Notes under the pieces: generated by a model
The model's input: the letters and a program-made list of their open reading frames with translations, nothing else
Told to the model about the DNA's origin: nothing
Database searches by the model: none
Part shown: in pieces, positions 46,490 to 62,764 of the stretch
Layout of the letters: every line of letters begins with the position of its first letter
How positions within the stretch are numbered: the first letter of the stretch is position 1
Made by a program: the position numbers and the translations under genes
Assembly (NCBI RefSeq): GCF_009914755.1
Contig: NC_060944.1
DNA: 64,000 bases
Strand: one strand, 5' to 3'
Source: the human T2T-CHM13v2.0 reference genome, Homo sapiens

Positions 46490-47516
46490 AAATTATGCTT
46501 TAAGTTCTGGGATACATGAGCAGAACATGCAGATTTGTTACATGGGTATACACGTGCCATGGTGGTTTGCTACACCCATCAACCTGTCACCTACGTTAGG
46601 TATTTCTCCTAATGCTATCCCTCCCCTATCCCCCAAACCCCTGACAGGCCCCAGTGTGTGATGTTCCCCTCCCTGTGTCCATGTGTTCTCATTGTTCAAC
46701 TCCCACTTATGAGTGAGAATATGCAGTGTTTGGTTTTCTGTTCCTGTGTTACTTTGCTGAGTATGATGGTTTCCAACTTCATCCATGTCCCTGCAGAGGA
46801 CACGAACTCATCCTTTTTTATGGCTGCATAGTATTCCATGGTGTGTATGTGCCACATTTTCTTTATCCAGTGTATCATTGATAGGCATCTGGGTTGGTTC
46901 CTTTGATATTGTGAACAGTGCTGCAATAAACATACATATGCATGTATCTTTATAGTATAATGATTTATAATCCTTTGGGTATACACCCAGTAATGGGATT
47001 GCTGGGTCAAATGGTATTTCTGGTTCTAGATCTTTGAGGAATTGCCACACTGTCTTCCACAATGGTTGAACTAATTTACACCCCCACCAACAATGTAAAA
47101 ATGTTCCTGTTTCTCCATATCCTCTCCAGCATCTGTTGTTTCCTAAAGCAATGGCAACGAAAGCCAAAATTGACAAATGGGATCTAATTAAACTAAAAGG
47201 CTTCTGCACAGCAAAAGAAACTACCATCAGAGTGAACAGGCAACCTACAGAATGGGAGAAAATTTTTACACTCTACCCATCTGACAAAGGGCTAATATCC
47301 AGAATCTACAAATAACTTAAACAAATTTACAAGAAAAAAAAAAAACCCCATCAAAAAGTGGGTGAAGGATATGAACAGACACTTCTCAAAAGAAGATGTT
47401 TATGAAGGCAATAAACATACGAAGAAAAGCTCATCATCACTAGTCATTAGAAAAATGCAAATCAAAACCGCAATGCAATACCATCTCACGCTAGTTAGAA
47501 TGACGATCATTAAAAA
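46490..47516 (-). mobile_element. L1PA with 5' inversion (twin priming)
   Basis: Antisense 3'UTR 46490-47144 joined to sense ORF2 piece 47145-47516. Confidence 0.9.
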
Positions 47517-48294
47517 TATAGGAATTTTTAAATTTCTTAAAATATTTCAAATGCATACAGTATGCCCACATTTACTATTTACAGAAAAATAGTATTACTA
47601 TGGTTTTGTTAGTCATAATTTTTATGCTTAATTTTAAAATGCAAGAGATGTGTTGCCATTTAAGGAAAGTAGTTACCATTCCAATTAACTGAATTTATTC
47701 ATGACCAGAGGTTTCATCCAGAACAGCAAAAGATTTCCTGGACTTTTACTGGCTATCCTGCTGACACTCACTGAGCACTGTTTTATAGTTTTCTTTTCCC
47801 GTTTCCATAACTTCAGAATGTAGCCAATTACTTTATTTTCTCAAATTCAAGTTATACACGTTCACTAATTCTTAAGTCTATTCACTAGGCTCTATCTCTC
47901 TGTAACTCTTCTAGTTTTTCAAGAAAGTTGGTCACTTTATTTGATTTTGCTTTTTTCCCCCCAACCTCTTGAAGCATATTACATTGTCCTTTGCTAACTC
48001 AGACTTAAGAATTTGATGGAATTTTGAAGACATAAATATAATTTCTTCCCAAGGATAAAACTTTTCAGTTTTACGATATTACTTTTTAACATAATATTCT
48101 CAAATCTATACAACTGATGGAGATGTTTATAATGATATTTGGTTAAATTTGGTATACCTCACATGGCCTTTGTCTGATTTGCATTAAAACTCATGAGGTC
48201 ATTCTCCTGGCAGAAAAATAAAGGTATGTTTCCTGAAGAAAAAGTAGACACCCTCCTGCTGTTCATAAGAAAGCATCAAAGTAAATAATTGCAA

Positions 48295-48574
48295 GGCCAG
48301 GCATGGTGGCTTACACCTGTAATCAATCCCAGCACTTTGGGAGACCAAGGTGGGCGGATAGCTTGAGCCCAGGAATTCAAGACCAGGCTGGCCAACATGG
48401 CGAAACCCCATCTCTACTAAAAACAAAAATTAGCAGGGCGTGGTGGCATGCGCCTGTGGTCCCAGTCACTCAGGAGGCTGAGGCTGAGACATGAGAATCG
48501 CTTGAACCCAGGGAATGGAGGTTGTACTCCAGCGTGGGTGACAGAGTGAGACTCTGTTGAAAAAAAAAAAAAAA
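48295..48574 (+). mobile_element. AluS with small right-arm deletion
   Basis: GGAGGTTG|TACTCCAGC skips about 25 nt of consensus. Confidence 0.88.
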
Positions 48575-48775
48575 GAATTTCAGAGAAGGAAAATGGCAGT
48601 ATTGAAAAACTAGAAGTGCTCAGGAGAGATATAAGATATAATTTAATAGTAGGATTTAATTAAATGTTATAATAATAGTGAACAAAAAAGAATTTTGGGT
48701 TTCAAAATTTGAGAACAAAAAGAAAATACAGGGAAAAAATGAATAATAGATTTATGGACTGAAAATCTCAAATTG

Positions 48776-49232
<457 letters not shown>

Positions 49233-49433
49233 TCATCATCTTTATCATTATAATTCCATATCATATCAGTGAAATCTAGAAAAGAGGTAGGATCAAGGTT
49301 AAAGAAAAGTTGCTTGATTTTTCATCTTCTGTAAGAACGTGAGACTTGAAAAAATTTTGACATAAACATGAAGAATAGATTAAAACATTGTCATAACATT
49401 ATAGAATGAAGTGCCTGGAAAATATAAATAGGC

Positions 49434-50540
49434 TGAAGGAGAGGAAGTAAACTTTTCATCTACTCTTTTGGGTTCAGTCGCTAGGACCTGCAAAATAAAC
49501 TAACAAAAGACAGATTAACAAGAGGGGAAAAAAACAGTTTATTTATGCATGCAATGCACACACGCAAACAAATTCAGAGACAAGTAACTCAAAGAGGCAG
49601 TTAAAATTTCAGAAGTAAATACTGTCTTAATAGATAAAGGGGAGGGAGAGAAAGGCACTTATGGAAAAACAAATGACATTTTGGATTTTCAGGAGAATGA
49701 ACAGGAAATAAGAACGTTTTTAAAAATACTTGTTTACACAGGAATGAGTGGACTTATCTACTTCAGGGCCATGAAACTCCCGTGGAGAAAGGATTTGGGA
49801 TAGGTTTTGTGCAGGTTTTCCCTCCTGGGACTAGATCTACTCTAAAAAGAATTCATGGCAGCCTTGCTTCCCAGAAGTTGCTGCTTTGATTTACATGAGA
49901 GAAGAAGCTCCTAGGTGGCTTTTCCTTTTTCTGCATTTGTTGAATCTCAAATATCTTCAGCCTTATTTAATCTTTATACTGTCTCTGGGATCCAAGTGTG
50001 TCCCTGTCAAAGTGTTAACTGCTAACTCCCTAAGGAGATCATCAAAATAACCTATAGCTCAAGAAGAGTCAAGTTTATTGTTGACTGCAGTATGAGAAGA
50101 CAGTCTCAGTAGCATCTGTAAAGAGGAAACTTAAATGTGGGATATATCTAAATGATATCTAGAAAGTGGGATACCTGTGGGGTCTCAGTGGTCTGATTTA
50201 AGGTAAGTCTTGCTATGCGGGTGCCTGACTGGAATTTAGGAGTCTGTGATATAACAGTGGAGAACTGATGGATGTGGAGAGGCAATTTTGAGGTGAATCT
50301 TCAAAAAACGGACAATCAATCATTGGATGAAACCCCTTGAGCAATCCCTGGTTTAATAGCGAGATGGGGCACTTGTTCCTTGTTCTGAAGAGAACAAGGT
50401 GAAGTCTATTGTTCAGATAATGGATTTTCAGGAAGTTCTTGAAATAAACAATAAAGTTATGTGCAACTTCATTTTTTCTGGGCAAGAATTTCCTGCCTAG
50501 AATTATAATGCATAATAATGTCACGTTAACATGAACAGTA
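49434..50540 (-). mobile_element. two adjacent ERV1 (MER34/MER31-like) LTR remnants
   Basis: AAAAGACAGATTAACAAGAG; CAAGTTTATT; GGCAAGAATTTCCTG. Confidence 0.55.
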
Positions 50541-51072
50541 AGTTGTACGGATGTAGATGGTACCAGTAGTCAGCAACATTTTTTTTAACATCAGCATTAT
50601 TAAAAATTAAAAAGGAAAACATGCCTTTAATAGAAAAAAGGAGAAAGATGAAACATAAAATGAGCATAAAAGTAGAAAGAAAAAATTGGGAGGGCAACAG
50701 AAAGACCAAATACACCAATACCTGTTAAAAATAAAAATGGATTAAACTATCCAGTGAAAAGATACATACAATTATACACTAATTGAAGGAGAACATACTA
50801 TAAAAATGATACCTAGGGATTGAAAATAAAGGATAGATTTGCCAGGTTATCAGAAAAACATTAAGAGGAAAAATTAATTTTAAAAAGCAGAATTCAAAGC
50901 AAAAATTATTAACGTTGCAAAGGAAGTTCGTTTTATTTTGGTGTTACACCGCTGAGTAGAAATATAGAGCCATGTATCTTTATGCATGAAATTAAAAAAT
51001 TATCAAAATACATAAATCAAAAAGTGTTGGAGTGGGAGCATGTGGGAGGAAGAGGAATTAAGGATGAGTATG

Positions 51073-51377
51073 GGCTGAGTGCAGTGGCTCACGCCTATAT
51101 TCCTAGCACTTTGGGAGGCCAAGGTGGGTGGATTGCATGAGCCCAGGAGTTCAAGACCAGCTGGACAACCCCATCTCTATTAAAACACCATCTCTATTAA
51201 AAATTTAAAAAAATTATCTGGGCATAGTGGTGCACACCTGTAGTTCCAGCTACTCAGGAGGCTGAGGAGCGAGGATCACCGGAGTCTGGGAGGTCAAGGC
51301 TTCAGTGACCTGTGATTGGACCACTGCACTCTAGCCTGGGTGATAGAACGAGACCCTGTCTCAAAAAAAAAAAAAAA
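51073..51377 (+). mobile_element. AluJ
   Basis: Dimer with small internal tandem duplication. Confidence 0.88.
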
Positions 51378-51673
51378 TGTTTGGGTCTAAAGCACTAAGA
51401 GATGTCAATTATTGAGTGAATGACTTAAGAGGTGGGTAGAGAATGGCTGAGTAAATTTGGGGAGAAAAGGGAACAGTAAGTTTGGAGGAGGCTTAGAAGG
51501 TATCAGAAGACGGCCTCCCAAATCAAATGTGAGAAAACAAAGTTAAAAAGGATGTCATTCTGAACATCATTGAGAGTTGTTTGGTTCAAGGAGAGAAAGC
51601 ATGTGCAAGAATTCAGGATCCTGACAAATACACTGGTATTTAGACCCAGACAGCAAACAGCTACAGATTTCCA

Positions 51674-52510
<837 letters not shown>

Positions 52511-54118
52511 AGGATCAGAGAAATGCAAATTCCAATCAGACTGCAAGTTGAGTGGGTGGTGCAGACTTCTGAAATGCAACAGAAGAATGAGGACGTTGAA
52601 TGTAAATTGAATCCAGGGACATGATGCGAGCAACCTGGAAGAGCATCTCTTTGGCTCCTCTGTGGGGTCCGTGACATGGAAACTCTAACATGGGGTTCAG
52701 TGACGCTGGGAAAGTTGCTGATAAGAATCAACCAGCACCCTGGGCCTTAGGAACCTCCAGCCTGAGAAGCAGACCACCTGTCAAGCTAATGTGAATAATA
52801 GTAATCATTGTTTTGTTTTAGTAATTAGTGATGACGGGAACTTCTGAAGCAAAAGACCTCATGCCTTGCATGAACTGAGCTGGTACTTACAGGGTATGCT
52901 TTGTGGAATCCAGGAAGATTTAGAATTATAGATGTAGGGTATAGATAGGCAAAGTAGAGTCAAAACTATAGAATTAACATTTTGTTACATATTTAGGCTT
53001 TTAAAATCAAAGAATTTAGTCCATTTCAGTGAAAGTTTTTTAACTCCACATACATACACATATACGTACACATACACAAAAGGGTATGTGAAGAATTGAT
53101 TTAGGCTTCTGACTAAATTGGAATGTTACTAAGCATTGAGATATTTAAGAAATATTTAGGCTCACATATTTACCCATTTTTAAATACATAAAAATTATTT
53201 GTATTAGGGAAGATTCTATACGCTAAGGTAGACAGTTGAAGTACTTAAGAAGGAAATTGAATATATTCCCTTTATAAATACAGCTTAAAATGTTTTAAGG
53301 TATTGAATTAAGTTTGGAAATGAAAGCAATCATCCTTCCAAGACTCCCTAGAAGTGACAGGCAGATTTTGCAGAACCAATAAATGCTATACTATTGTTTT
53401 TTAGCAGTTGAAGTTAAAAGGAACAACCAATTAAAACAAAAAACTTTATTTTGAAATGCAGATTTGCAGAAAGTTGCAAAGATAGTACAGAAAGGTTCCC
53501 TCTATCTTTCACTCAAGTTGCCCTCATTTTTTCTTTTGTCACAAGGTTTGTAAATTTGTAAATTCCGTAAGTTGAATATTACCAAAAATAAATGAAAGGA
53601 AGCAGAGCTCTGGATATTATTTTTTCCTGTAAACACACAAACACACACGTGCATACGTACGTGAGAATTCATACTCAATCCCTCTGAGGACAATAAAAAA
53701 CCTCATTAACAGTCATTTATATTGGAACATCTGGGCTGAGTTTGAGAGGGCGGAGGGGCATGTAGACAGAGCTGTGGAAGAATCAGCAGAGCTCGCTGGT
53801 CCAGGATGTACACTCCACAAGGTCTCATGTAGTGAGACCTTCCTTCTCCCTTCCTTCTCCACGCAAGGGCTTGAGACGTTAACCTCTCTGTGCCACGCAT
53901 TCTCCTTGGTGACCGTAAACAATAATGGTGGTGCCCGCCTGCCACCGGGACTGCTGGAAGGATTTGATGAGCAAGTGCATGGCAAACTCCTGGATCATGC
54001 TCAGCACACAGTATGTACTCAGCATACGTGGGCTGCTATTACCATAAATAGGGTTGTGGAACCTGAGAGAGAGGTGACAAAGATTCACTCTTTGACCAAA
54101 CTCTAGCCAGGGTCCTCT

Positions 54119-55137
<1,019 letters not shown>

Positions 55138-56060
55138 CTCTGAGCCCTCTTCTCTACCAGGCCTCAACCTTGGCCTATAAAAATTGCCGACTCTCAGCAC
55201 AAACCATCTCATCCACCCTTCTCCCCAACTAAAAGACTTAAACCAACACTAACATCCTTTCTAACAGCTCAAGGTTGCACCCAAACCATGACCGGAGCCC
55301 TTCCTAAAGTGCCTGCCTAGGAAAGCTCCAAGCTACCAGAAAAATGTACTGTCTGTCCTACCTAACACCTGATATAGGCACCTGACCTTTCTTCCTTATA
55401 GTAGTTACTTAAAGGACTTCCAACTGTGAATCCTTTCTCCATCCCTTTGAGATGTATGTGTATCTCCTTAAATTTAGGAGTGCTTTTCTCAAAGACCTGA
55501 AAGCCATTCCTTTGAAAAATGTAATCATCAGGTTGGATAGGGCCTCTGCCTCCCAGGCTCTGTGGGAGGACAGAATCCTAATTTCCTCAATTGGCAGCTA
55601 ACAGACTCAGCTGGCCAAATTGCATTTACATTCAACTCTCTGTCATTTTCACTTCCCTGACCCTACTGTAGCCACCCCCACCTCCCCTTTCTACTCTTCA
55701 TTCTCCCTTTAAAATGTCCAGTCACCTCCGCACAAATCAAAGTTGAGTTCAGTCCACATTGGACCCTCTTTCTGATTGCAATCATATGTTATTTATTAAA
55801 ATCTGTCCTTACCGCTTTAGTCTCCAGCTTTGTTTATCTTTGACAGAAATCACAGTTCAGAAATGTATTTGGGAAGCCGATGCCTCTACAAGGCAGTGGA
55901 ATCCTAGAGAATGTGTGTAGAGTGAGAAAATCTAAGAGCACTTTCACCAAACCCCAAAGCACACCAGCATTTAAGGTATAGAAAAAGGAATAGAGCCTGC
56001 ATACACAAGCAAACAAAAAATGAGCAGGAGAAGGCTTGAATGAAGGAGGAAAAATGATAT

Positions 56061-56978
56061 TGAAGGAAATCAAAATACTTTACCCTAAAATATATATATT
56101 TTGAGATGCCTGTTCAGGGGGCCAGCAAACAGAAGCAACCTGCACAGCTGTCTTCTGTGGGGAGATTTGCATCTGTAGAGAATGTGCATTGAGGCAGCCA
56201 ACCCTTCCCTTGTCCTGATCTAGAGAAGATTAACTGAGAGTCTAACACCTTGAAAGAAGAAACATTTACCATCTATTCTGATGGCTGCTACCTGTTTGGT
56301 TTCATTTACACAACAAGACAACCTTTGCTAGCCAAGCCTCTTCTTCTTTGCCTCCCATGACCTGTCTTGCCACTATAAATGGTTTACCAGCTAATATGGT
56401 TTGGCTGTGTCCCCACCCAAATCTCATCTTAATTTCCATAATTCCCATGTGTTGTGGGAGGGACCTGGTGGGAGATAATTGATATATGGGGATGGTTTCC
56501 CCCATACTGTTCTCATGGTAGTGAATAAGTCTCATGAGAGCTGATGGTTTTATAAGGGGAAACCCCTTTTGCTTGGTTCTCATTGTCTCTTGTCTACTGT
56601 GATGTAAGATGTGCCTTTTGCCTTCTGCCATGAACATGAGGCCTCCCCAGCCACATGGAGCTGTGAGCCCATTAAACCTCTTTGTCTTTATAAATTACCC
56701 AGTCTTCGGTATGTCTTTATCAGCAGGGTGAAAACAGACTAATATACCAGCATAACCTGTTTTTCGCCATGCTCTGAGCCCCCATTCTTTCTGTAATCTC
56801 AGGATGGTTTATAAGTTTCTGAACTCCATAGGCAAGTTGGGGTATTCACTCTGTGGTTCTCTCCCATGTGCACGTTAATAAATATGTATGCCTTTTCACC
56901 TATTAATCTGCCTTTTGTGGGCTGATTTTTCAGCAAACCTTCAGAGGGTAAAGGGGAAGTTTTCTCTTAGCTCCTACA
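56061..56978 (+). mobile_element. MER39/MER34-like LTR interrupted by THE1
   Basis: GGGGAGATTTGCATCTGTAGAG...CAGCAAACCTTCAGAGGG. Confidence 0.75.
56393..56747 (+). mobile_element. THE1 LTR
   Basis: ATATGGTTTGGCTGTGTCCCCACCCAAATCTCATCTT; TSD CCAGC. Confidence 0.92.
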
Positions 56979-56982
56979 ATAG

Positions 56983-57427
56983 TGTGAAAAGAAAAACTTC
57001 AGCCAAATTAAATGTAAAGGAGTTTAATGGAGTAATGAATGATTCGCAAATTGGGCAGCCCCCAGAATCACAGCAGATTCAGAGAGACTCCAGTGCAGCC
57101 ACATGTTGGAAGAAGATTTACAGACAACAGCAAAAAAGGAAGTGGCAAACAGAAATTGGAAGTGAGGCACAGAAACAACTGGGTTGGTTACACCTTATTT
57201 ATTTATTTATTTATTTATTTGAACACAGGTTGAACACTTCGCAGTGTATGCGTAGCTGAAGCATGGCTGCTGGGATTGGTCAACACTCAGCTATTGTTAC
57301 AGGTGCATACTCCTCAATTAGGTTTTCAATCTTGTCTACCTATTAAGTTAGGTTGCAGTTCATCCACAAGGACTCAAATATAGAAGTACAGAGTCCTTCT
57401 TAGGCCACATTTAGTTTGCTTTAACAA
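56983..57427 (-). mobile_element. MER57-like LTR
   Basis: CAAATTGGGCAGCCCCCAGAATC...TTTAGTTTGCTTTAACA. Confidence 0.75.
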
Positions 57428-57841
57428 TAGAAAGCTATGGTCACAAAGGAAGTGGGGATAAAACCGAATGTCCCCAAACAGATCTGTGTGTGGACACTTG
57501 ATCTATGACCAATGAGACATTGTAGATAAACATGGAAAGGTGGCTGCTACAACTGGTTTCCGCATGGAAATAAATGAAATTGGATTCCATTCTTCCATGG
57601 CACCTCTCTTTCCTAATAAAACAATAATTCCCAATGAATTAAAGACTTGTGTAGGAAGGAAAAACTTTAAATTATGGAAGAATACAGGATAATATTTTTA
57701 TAACATTAGGATACTGAAGAATATATTAAACAAGGCTCAAAAATGACTATGAAAGAAATGATTGGTAAGTTTGATTTCGATAAAAATTAAACCCTGTTCA
57801 TTAAAATACATCATTAAAAAAAAGAGAAAAGATTTTTGTAA

Positions 57842-58186
<345 letters not shown>

Positions 58187-58979
58187 TAGTATATATCAAT
58201 GAAGTATTTCTATAAATAACAAAAAATAAATAAATAGAAAAACTGGCAAAAGACATGAACAGTATCCCACAGAATATAAAACGTATTTAGAAAGTATATA
58301 AATGACAATGCTCAACCCCTATGGTCACAGAGAAATGAATATTAAAATCTCATGTTGCTCTCCAGGGGAGAAGAACATCTGGCTAGCAGGATTGCAAAGG
58401 TCCAGTTTGGCCTGTGAGGAAAGAGCAGGAAAGTCGGTGTGCTACATCTAGAAAGCCATGGAGAAGAAGGGAGAATATGATCACAGATATAGTTAAGGGT
58501 CCCGATCATTAATTTTGATGTCTTATAATTCAGTCCTGGATTTAAGAGGTCATAAAGATTGATAATAATAAAAAAATAAGAAATTTGAGCATATAGTGGT
58601 CAAACTAATTTTTAGAGAGGGAAATGAGAGGAAAGTATAAGATGTTTGAAACAACAAATATTTAATTTAAGTTAATTCAGGCAACTTTTATTAAACATCT
58701 GCTAAGGGCCAGGCCCTCTGTCAGGGACTGAAAACTCAATGATAAAGAACGAAACACTCATTGCCATAGAAGCAGCCACATGCCAGTGAGATACAAAAGC
58801 AAGTAATTATCAGTATCATATTCAATGCTCATAACAAAAGCAATGATTATTTGCAGACTTATCATGCTCAAGGCCCAGCTCTTGGTGCCTTAAGCACATT
58901 TTTACTAATCTCTACATCAATCTTACATGACTAACAATATTTGTTCACCTTTTACAGATGAGAAAGTAGTAATTTGTTT

Positions 58980-59592
58980 AGAGCAGGATTTCCCAACCCC
59001 AGCACTATTGACATTTGGTGCCAGATAATTCTTTGCTACGGCTGCCCTGCACATTACTGGATGTTTAGTAGCATATCTGGTGTTGAATCAAATTTAGCCT
59101 CAAGCTGCCTCCTTATGTATTTTAAGTTCCACCTAAAGGTTTTTCTGTACATCGTGAACTATAACAAATGCAGATATAAATAGACCGTAACCTACACTTG
59201 TGCCAGTCACTGAGTTTTGGCCAATCAATTGTAGCCAACTGTTCGAACCATGTTCAAATAAGGCAAAAATGCCAACCTGTAACCCATCCACTTGTTTCTG
59301 GATTGGCTACCTCACTTCCATTTTCTGCCCATCACTTTCCTTTTTCTGTCCATAAATCTTCCGTCACGTTGCTACACTGGAGTCTCTGAGAAAACTGTAG
59401 CTCAGGAGACTGCCCAATTAATGAATCTTCATAGCTCCATTAAACTTTAATCAGGTTGAAGTTTTTCTTTTATCACTGGCCTCTATCCACTAGAGGCCAG
59501 TAGCTCCTCTCCCTCCATAGTAATGACAACCACAGTATCTCCCGACCACTGTCTCCTGAGTGGCAAAATTGCCCCCAGTAGAACCGCTGATT
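58980..59592 (+). mobile_element. MER20 split by a MER57-like LTR (59081-59474)
   Basis: CACTATTGACATTTGG...ATAATTCTTTG|CTGGCCTCTATCCACTAGA...GGCAAAATTGCCCC. Confidence 0.8.
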
Positions 59593-59839
59593 CAGAGACA
59601 CAGGAAATGGTGGCGCAGGAATTCCAACAAAATGTTTGACTCCCAAAACCGTAGCTGCTGGTTGTTTTTGCTTATCTGTTTGGATTGATTTCTTCATCTA
59701 GTATACAATGCCTTTATGGAAATAGGTCCATCTTGAACACTAACACTGGCATTTAACTATGTAAGTGTAAGGCAATGCAGTGAGGAAGAATCTTTATTCA
59801 CAAGTGGCTTATGCTGGAGGAAGATAGAAGTGAGACGAT

Positions 59840-60138
<299 letters not shown>

Positions 60139-60249
60139 GTGAGATGATAATGATATAGATATTATTTTAGGTTTCTGTTATTCATTCAACATCTCAGGGC
60201 ACATAGAATATCAAATAATAGACTGCAAGAACTGTCTGTGTTGCTTTAA

Positions 60250-60820
60250 TTCCATTCATTGATTCATCCATCCATCCATCCACCCATCAATCCATCCATT
60301 CAGCAATGCCAGGGGTTGTCCTAGGAACTGAGGCTCTTTGATGTACAAGTTGGAAAGGTCCCTGCTCACACTTGGTCTGATGGGGAGGTGGAGAACAGAC
60401 AGGAGATATGTTAATGTATTATTAAACAAGATAATTTCAATTCGTGATAAGTGCTTTGAAAAAAATACAAGTTTTGTGAAGGTGAGTGACTTGGTTGGAG
60501 GGAGGGTGCTAATTTGGGTTCAGAGGTCAAGAAATGCTTCTCAGAGATGATGCAAGCTGAGACCTAAATGCAAAGAAGGAGGCAGCCATGTGAAAACCTG
60601 CAGGAAGAGCATGCAAAAGAGGGGAACAAGCACATGTTAAGATGCTGAAGAGGGAGTGAGTTTGGTGTATTTCAGGAATGGAAAGGAAGGTAATACCAGG
60701 GGCAAGAGGGAGGATATGACATCAGGAAGGTGGAAGGTGGATAAGGACCCAGGCATTTGTGCCCTTGTAGGTCATGAGATGAGTGTGGATTTTATTCTGT
60801 GTGCCAATGGAATATGATCT
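60250..60820. mobile_element. L2
   Basis: (CATC)n end; GCTGAGACCTAAATGCAAAGAAGGAGGCAGCCATG. Confidence 0.75.
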
Positions 60821-61659
60821 TGTTGGGGCCACTCCAAAAGGAAGGCCAAACGTTACCTTTCACACCACCAAAATACTAATGCAATGTCCTACATGTTCTT
60901 GTTTCTATCAGTCATAGTTATATGTTTACAGTTATTTACATAGACTGATGTGAGAGTTAAAATGTGAAGCTTACAGGGGAAATCAAAGAAATATTTAAAA
61001 TATATTAGTTTAGTTTTTATTCTCCCTGTAGAGTTTCTGCAAAATAGACTTTTTATTGCACTAGTGTCTTAGAAGGTCTATTGAGTATTTGATTTCATTT
61101 AGAAAAGCCCACGAGCACCTGTATTTTTAAGAATTCTGATACTGTCAATGACTGTCAGTGGTTTTAGATATTTTTTAGAAAGATATTATTGCAGTGATGA
61201 TCTTATTCCATATTTTAGACATAACAATGTAAGACCTATTGCTTGTAATAGGGATAAAATGGAAGTAATTTAAACGTCTATCAATGGAGAAAGCAGAAAT
61301 AAAACATGTTATTGTCATATAATGAAGTATGATTCAGCAGTTTAATGAACTAGATCTCCCTGTATTCAACCAGTGCAGGTCTCTACAGAATGAGGAGGGG
61401 GGAAAAGGTAGGTTGTAGTCAAATAGGTATAGAAATATATGATTTTTTAAATACATAAATAATTCACCATATATATTTTTATTTGTATGTTGGATTGAAA
61501 AGATACGCATGAAGTCATCATCATGGTTTCTACTTGAGAAGGAAGGAAATGGACTGGGGAGAAATATGGGGTAATTTTAACTTTATTTGTAACATTTTAT
61601 TTAAATCAAAAATCGGAAATAAATATGACAAAACATTGATATTTGTTAATTCTGAGGTC

Positions 61660-61805
61660 TTCTTTTTATGTTTTTTTGAGACAGAGTCTCACTCTGTTGC
61701 CCAAGCTGGGTGCAGTTGCGTGATCATAGCTCATTGCAGACTCGACTTCCCAGGTTCAAGCAGTTCTCTCATCTCAGCCTCTAAGGTAGCTAGGACAACA
61801 GCTAC
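61660..61805 (-). mobile_element. Alu right-arm fragment
   Basis: TTTTGAGACAGAGTCTCACTCTGTTGCCCA. Confidence 0.8.
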
Positions 61806-61939
61806 CTTCCAAAATCAGAAAACTGTAATAACATCATGCGTTAAACACAACGATTGAGTGCAGACTTTTTTGTGAAACATTCTGTAGTTCAGTGTGGTCT
61901 GTGTCTTCATGGAGAGATTGTGGTTTAGGAATGTCTGAC

Positions 61940-62745
61940 TGAAACTGCCTTTGCAAAAAGTGTAACAGTGAGAAAATTCTAACAGTGAAAGAGATCTGAC
62001 CTTGCTTCCAATCTCCAAGCTACCCTCGTTTATTCCTGAGCGTAAGCCAAACCAGCTTTGGGAGGAGCCTAATCTATAGTTTAACTTTGAAACAAAGATG
62101 ATAACCGCCCTTCTCCCAAAAAAACCCCTTCTTGCCTTGGGACCAGACTGTCTTTAAGACTGCACATTGTGCACATGTACCCTAAAACTTAAAGTATAAT
62201 AATAATAAAAATAAAAATAAAAAAGAAAAGAATACGATGAAAAAAAAAAGACTAACACATTAGTCACAAGATTAGAAATTATGGTTTAGGAGTCATGCAG
62301 CTACAGGTCACAAGATTTCAAACCTTCTCCATTTCTCCTAGGGATAACATCACTGTTGTAAAACTGAAAATTGGTACTTGGGATATTTTTTTCAGACCCT
62401 GCATTATGATGTACCAGCTGGCACCACCCAGACTGGTAATCTGGCTCAACCAGTTCTGTGATCCCACCCAGGTACAGAAGACAGCAAGAAGAACCTACTT
62501 CCCCTGAAATTTCATCTCCAACCCAACAATCAGCACTCTCCACTCCCTAGCACCCTACCCAGCAAATTATCCTGAAAAAAATCCCAGTCTCCAAATTTTC
62601 AGGGGGACTGCTTTGAGTAATAAAACTCCAGTCTCCCATTCAGCTGGCTCTGCCTGAATTACACTATTTTTCTATTGCAATTCCCCTGTCTTGATAAATT
62701 GGTTGTATCTGGGCAGTAGCAAGGATAACTCATTGAGCAGTTACA
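61940..62745 (+). mobile_element. LTR8-like ERV1 LTR
   Basis: TGAAACTGCCTTTGCAAAA...GAGCAGTTACA. Confidence 0.85.
62160..62249 (+). mobile_element. extremely truncated L1PA 3' end
   Basis: TGCACATTGTGCACATGTACCCTAAAACTTAAAGTATAATAA plus tail; TSD AAGACT. Confidence 0.88.
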
Positions 62746-62764
62746 TGATAAGCATATAAAAATG

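Noticed and set aside
46538-47592. ORFs resembling L1 ORF2 C-terminus
   Set aside because: Fragments of the truncated, inverted L1, not genes.
59475-59501. Perfect 11-bp hairpin with a CTCF-like core
   Set aside because: Largely intrinsic to the MER20 consensus as I recall it.
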